A stretch of 64,000 nucleotides of DNA from Parcubacteria group bacterium Gr01-1014_31. Lineage in GTDB: Bacteria > Patescibacteriota > Patescibacteriia > Buchananbacterales > GWA2-38-13. Shown here in pieces: positions 61,513 to 64,000 of the stretch; position 1 is the first letter of the stretch, and each line of letters begins with the position of its first letter. Made by a program: the position numbers and the translations under genes. The notes beneath the pieces were generated by a model, which saw only the letters and a program-made list of their open reading frames with translations, ran no database searches and was not told where the DNA came from. The DNA lies in the NCBI GenBank assembly GCA_007376135.1, contig VMFR01000002.1, positions 28,870 through 92,869 of the forward strand. The letters are read 5' to 3'.

Positions 61513-61890
61513 TTATTGCACTGTTGATTTCAGACGGGTATTGCTGCGAGGTTTCTTTAATCCGAGAATCAACGTACCAACACCGAGGACAAAAAGGATG
61601 ACCGGGCTCAGTGCAGCACCAGAAGACAGCGGTCGCGTAGCGAGCTCACACATCGGGGTAAGATTGTCGGTTACATCAGTATCAACGCTGGAACAATTAA
61701 CAATTTCGCCTCGATAATTCGCTGCGAACCCATACACTCGGCAGGAATATAATCCGTGATCTTCAGGAGTATCTCCTTGCCATTTACAAATTTTATAATC
61801 TTGGTAGATAAGCCGGCCAGCCCAGATGACCGATAAAATTATCAACACCGCACCAACGGACGGCAGAACTATTTTTCTTTTCATACTCAT
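61513..61890 (-). CDS. small exported protein with N- and C-terminal hydrophobic segments (low-GC)
   Basis: MSMKRKIVLPSVGAVLIILSVIWAG...C-rich core...PVILFVLGVGTLILGLKK. Confidence 0.4.
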   Translation of the reverse strand: MSMKRKIVLPSVGAVLIILSVIWAGRLIYQDYKICKWQGDTPEDHGLYSCRVYGFAANYRGEIVNCSSVDTDVTDNLTPMCELATRPLSSGAALSPVILFVLGVGTLILGLKKPRSNTRLKSTVQ

Positions 61891-61964
61891 CTCTTTACAT
61901 TTTATCATGCGGCCAGCCACGTTCCCTCGTGGGGTTCCCATTCGGCGGGCATCCGATACATAAA

Positions 61965-62100
61965 CGCAAATTCAAAATTCAAAAGGCAAAATGCAAAAGT
62001 CCAATCCAAAAGTCAAAAATCGCGTTCCGGCCACCTTTGAATTTTAACCTGTAATTTTGACTTTTAACTTTTGCCTTTTGACTTTGCCTGCCCAACCCCT
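61965..62100. repeat. AT-rich long imperfect inverted repeat (CAAAAGGCAAAA...TTTTGCCTTTTG)
   Basis: Two arms, AAAAGGCAAAATGCAAAAGTC and GACTTTTAACTTTTGCCTTTTGAC, flank GCGTTCCGGCCACC. A related motif (TTTTGACTTTTTCATTTTGCCTTTTAAC) occurs at 17670-17705. Confidence 0.45.
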
Positions 62101-62933
62101 ATCTTCCGGGCTGCCAGGAACGGCCAATCCTTCCGCATCTGGTCAATCACCCCGAGGTCGCACGGTACGAGCACATCTTCCTCCTTCTCGGTGCAGGCCT
62201 GGGCCAGCACCCGCCCGTAGGGGTCGGCGACAAAGGACGTACCCCAGAACCGCAGCCGGTGCTCTAGGCCCACGCGGTTGCACGCCGCCACAAACACGGT
62301 GTTGGCAATCGCGTGCGCCCGCTGGATGACCTGCCAGGCCTCGTGCTCGGCCTCGTTGATGCCGGATTTCGCCTTCAGCTGGTACCCGATGGCCGTGGGG
62401 TAAAAAATTATCTGCGCGCCTTTTGCGGCGGCAACGCGCGCGCCTTCAGGAAACCACTGGTCCCAGCAGATGAGCGTGGCAATCTTTGCAAAACGGGTCT
62501 TGAACACGCGCACGCCGAGATTTCCCGGCGTGAAGTAGTACGCTTCCCCGTAGAAATTTTCCGGGTCGTCGGGGATGTGCATCTTGCGGTAGGTGCCGCG
62601 CAACTTGCCGTCGGTATCTATCACCACGGCGGTGTTGTAGCACTTGCCGCGCTCCCCTTTCTCAAACACCGAGGTGGTCAGCACCACTTTGTTGCGGCGG
62701 GCAATGTCCTGCAACGCGCGCACCGACGGCCCGGGCACCGGTTCGGCCAACCCGAAGAACTTTTTGTCCTTGGTCTGGCAGAAGTACGGCGTCAAGAACA
62801 GCTCCGGCAGCGCAATAATCTGCGCGCCGCGCTTGGCAAGCGACCGCACGCGTGATTCCGCGCGCGCCAAATTGGCGGCGATGGACGCAGCACTTTTCAT
62901 CTGCACCAAACCAATTTTCACTATCCCATTCAT
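62064..62933 (-). CDS. aguB: N-carbamoylputrescine amidase (nitrilase superfamily)
   Basis: CN-hydrolase triad context (LPELF, K, LICWDQWFPE), and MHIPDDPENFYGEAYYFTPG typical of AguB. Confidence 0.8.
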   Translation of the reverse strand: MNGIVKIGLVQMKSAASIAANLARAESRVRSLAKRGAQIIALPELFLTPYFCQTKDKKFFGLAEPVPGPSVRALQDIARRNKVVLTTSVFEKGERGKCYNTAVVIDTDGKLRGTYRKMHIPDDPENFYGEAYYFTPGNLGVRVFKTRFAKIATLICWDQWFPEGARVAAAKGAQIIFYPTAIGYQLKAKSGINEAEHEAWQVIQRAHAIANTVFVAACNRVGLEHRLRFWGTSFVADPYGRVLAQACTEKEEDVLVPCDLGVIDQMRKDWPFLAARKIGVGQAKSKGKS

Positions 62934-63058
62934 GCGAAAACGTTATACGAAAATGCTACGGCGGTACTTGGAAGTCGTGTGCCCAGTTCTCCGTGCTCCG
63001 TTCTCAGTACGTCGCGGCCAAACCGATACGGAGGACTGAGTACTGTGCACTGAGCACG

Positions 63059-63988
63059 TTATTTCCCAAATAGCTTACTGAAATTCCGCTTCTCACGCTT
63101 CTTCCAATTCCCCATCTGGTAGCCGTAGGCGGCAATCACCGGCAGCGCCAACGTCGCTTCCGCATAGACCATCTGCTCGTGCACGGTAGACACCTTGCCC
63201 CAGGACGAGGCCTCTTTCAGCGTGGACGACGAGCACGCGCCGTCGCGAACGTCGGCAACCGTTACCTGCACGGCGTATTTGTGCACCGGTACCTCTTTCC
63301 CAAGCACCTCGGCGCACACGACCGTATCCTGGGCGAAGTTCTTGGGCACCCCGCCGCCGATCATCAAAAGCCCCGAGTCCTGGCTGTTCATTTTGATTTC
63401 CGTCAGCTCGCGGAAATCGGCCACCGAATCAATGCTGACGTGCACGTCCGGGTGCTTGCTTTGGTGCAGTACCAATCCGAACCCCGCCGACGAGTCGGAG
63501 AACGCTGGGCAGAAGATCGGCACGTTGTGCTCAAAAGCCGTCTGCACCAGCGAATTTTTCTTTTTGGCGTGCTTGACGCACCACTCGCCCATCTTGGCGA
63601 TGAACTCGCGCGACGAGTATGGCCGCGGCTGCAGTCCGTCGGCGATTTTTTTGATGGTCTGGTCGCACGCCTGCAACTCTTCTTCATCAATGAAAGTATC
63701 GTAAATGCGGTCGATGTACAACGAGCGCAGCATCCCGTCGTCAATGAAGGGCGTGCCCTGGTAGTGTTTGAACCCCAGTGCCTCAAAGAAATCCATATCC
63801 ACGACGGAGGCACCCGTGGCAACAATGGCGTCAATCATGTTGTTCTTCACCATGTCCACGTACGCCTGCATGCAGCCACCCGCCGACGTGGAGCCGGCTA
63901 AGGTCAGCCACACGGAGCAGTTGGGGTCAGAGAGCATCTGGTCGTAGATTTTCGCGGCGCGCGCCAAATCCCGCGCGGAAAAACTCAT
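63059..63988 (-). CDS. deoxyhypusine synthase-like protein (DHS family; homospermidine/deoxyhypusine-type aminobutyl transferase)
   Basis: NAD-binding MIDAIVATGASVVDMD and the catalytic-Lys region LLMIGGGVPKNF. 309 aa. Confidence 0.75.
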   Translation of the reverse strand: MSFSARDLARAAKIYDQMLSDPNCSVWLTLAGSTSAGGCMQAYVDMVKNNMIDAIVATGASVVDMDFFEALGFKHYQGTPFIDDGMLRSLYIDRIYDTFIDEEELQACDQTIKKIADGLQPRPYSSREFIAKMGEWCVKHAKKKNSLVQTAFEHNVPIFCPAFSDSSAGFGLVLHQSKHPDVHVSIDSVADFRELTEIKMNSQDSGLLMIGGGVPKNFAQDTVVCAEVLGKEVPVHKYAVQVTVADVRDGACSSSTLKEASSWGKVSTVHEQMVYAEATLALPVIAAYGYQMGNWKKREKRNFSKLFGK

Positions 63989-64000
63989 CTTGCCGTACGC

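Overview
Both strands of this high-GC (~60-65 %) bacterial window are densely coded, and several local low-GC islands (~45 %) break the composition. The recognisable content falls into six groups:
- **rRNA and tRNA genes:** a 23S-5S rRNA operon on the minus strand with no adjacent 16S. The 23S gene carries a ~280-nt group-I-intron-like insertion at the conserved CCUAAGGU|AGCGAAAU helix 69-71 site. Four tRNA genes are present: Leu-TAG, Gly-GCC, Leu-TAA and Ala-GGC.
- **FMN-riboswitch-controlled riboflavin operon:** ribE-ribH-ribBA.
- **Sugar, cell-envelope and glycosylation genes:** a sugar/amino-sugar locus (TrmB regulator, glmS, PGI/PMI, HAD phosphatases, an NDP-sugar pyrophosphorylase); a class V FBP aldolase/phosphatase; and a large membrane/glycosyltransferase complement (DUF3999-DUF2339 pair, UbiA, GT2, GT-C/GT87-like, flippase, DUF4012).
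- **Nucleotide metabolism and repair genes:** a CBS-less IMPDH, adenosine deaminase, ruvB, corA/cutA, a B12-dependent class II RNR (nrdJ) and a PduO-type cobalamin adenosyltransferase.
- **Polyamine genes:** an agmatine deiminase / N-carbamoylputrescine amidase / deoxyhypusine-synthase-like cluster.
- **Tdh-Kbl threonine-catabolism pair.**

Three things are not explained by ordinary gene content:
- A ~2.4-kb segment (56.2-58.6 kb) is bounded by ~250-bp long inverted repeats. Each repeat is built from a hairpin module plus a 115-bp MITE-like element with perfect 22-bp terminal inverted repeats. The segment carries a two-gene cargo.
- A family of ~90-nt structured repeats sits immediately 3' of three different tRNA genes. 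Each copy ends in a degenerate copy of that tRNA's own 3' end.
- glmS carries an N-terminal deletion/frameshift that separates the catalytic Cys1 codon from the rest of the gene.

Many alternative-frame ORFs in the six-frame track are GC-bias artefacts and were not called.
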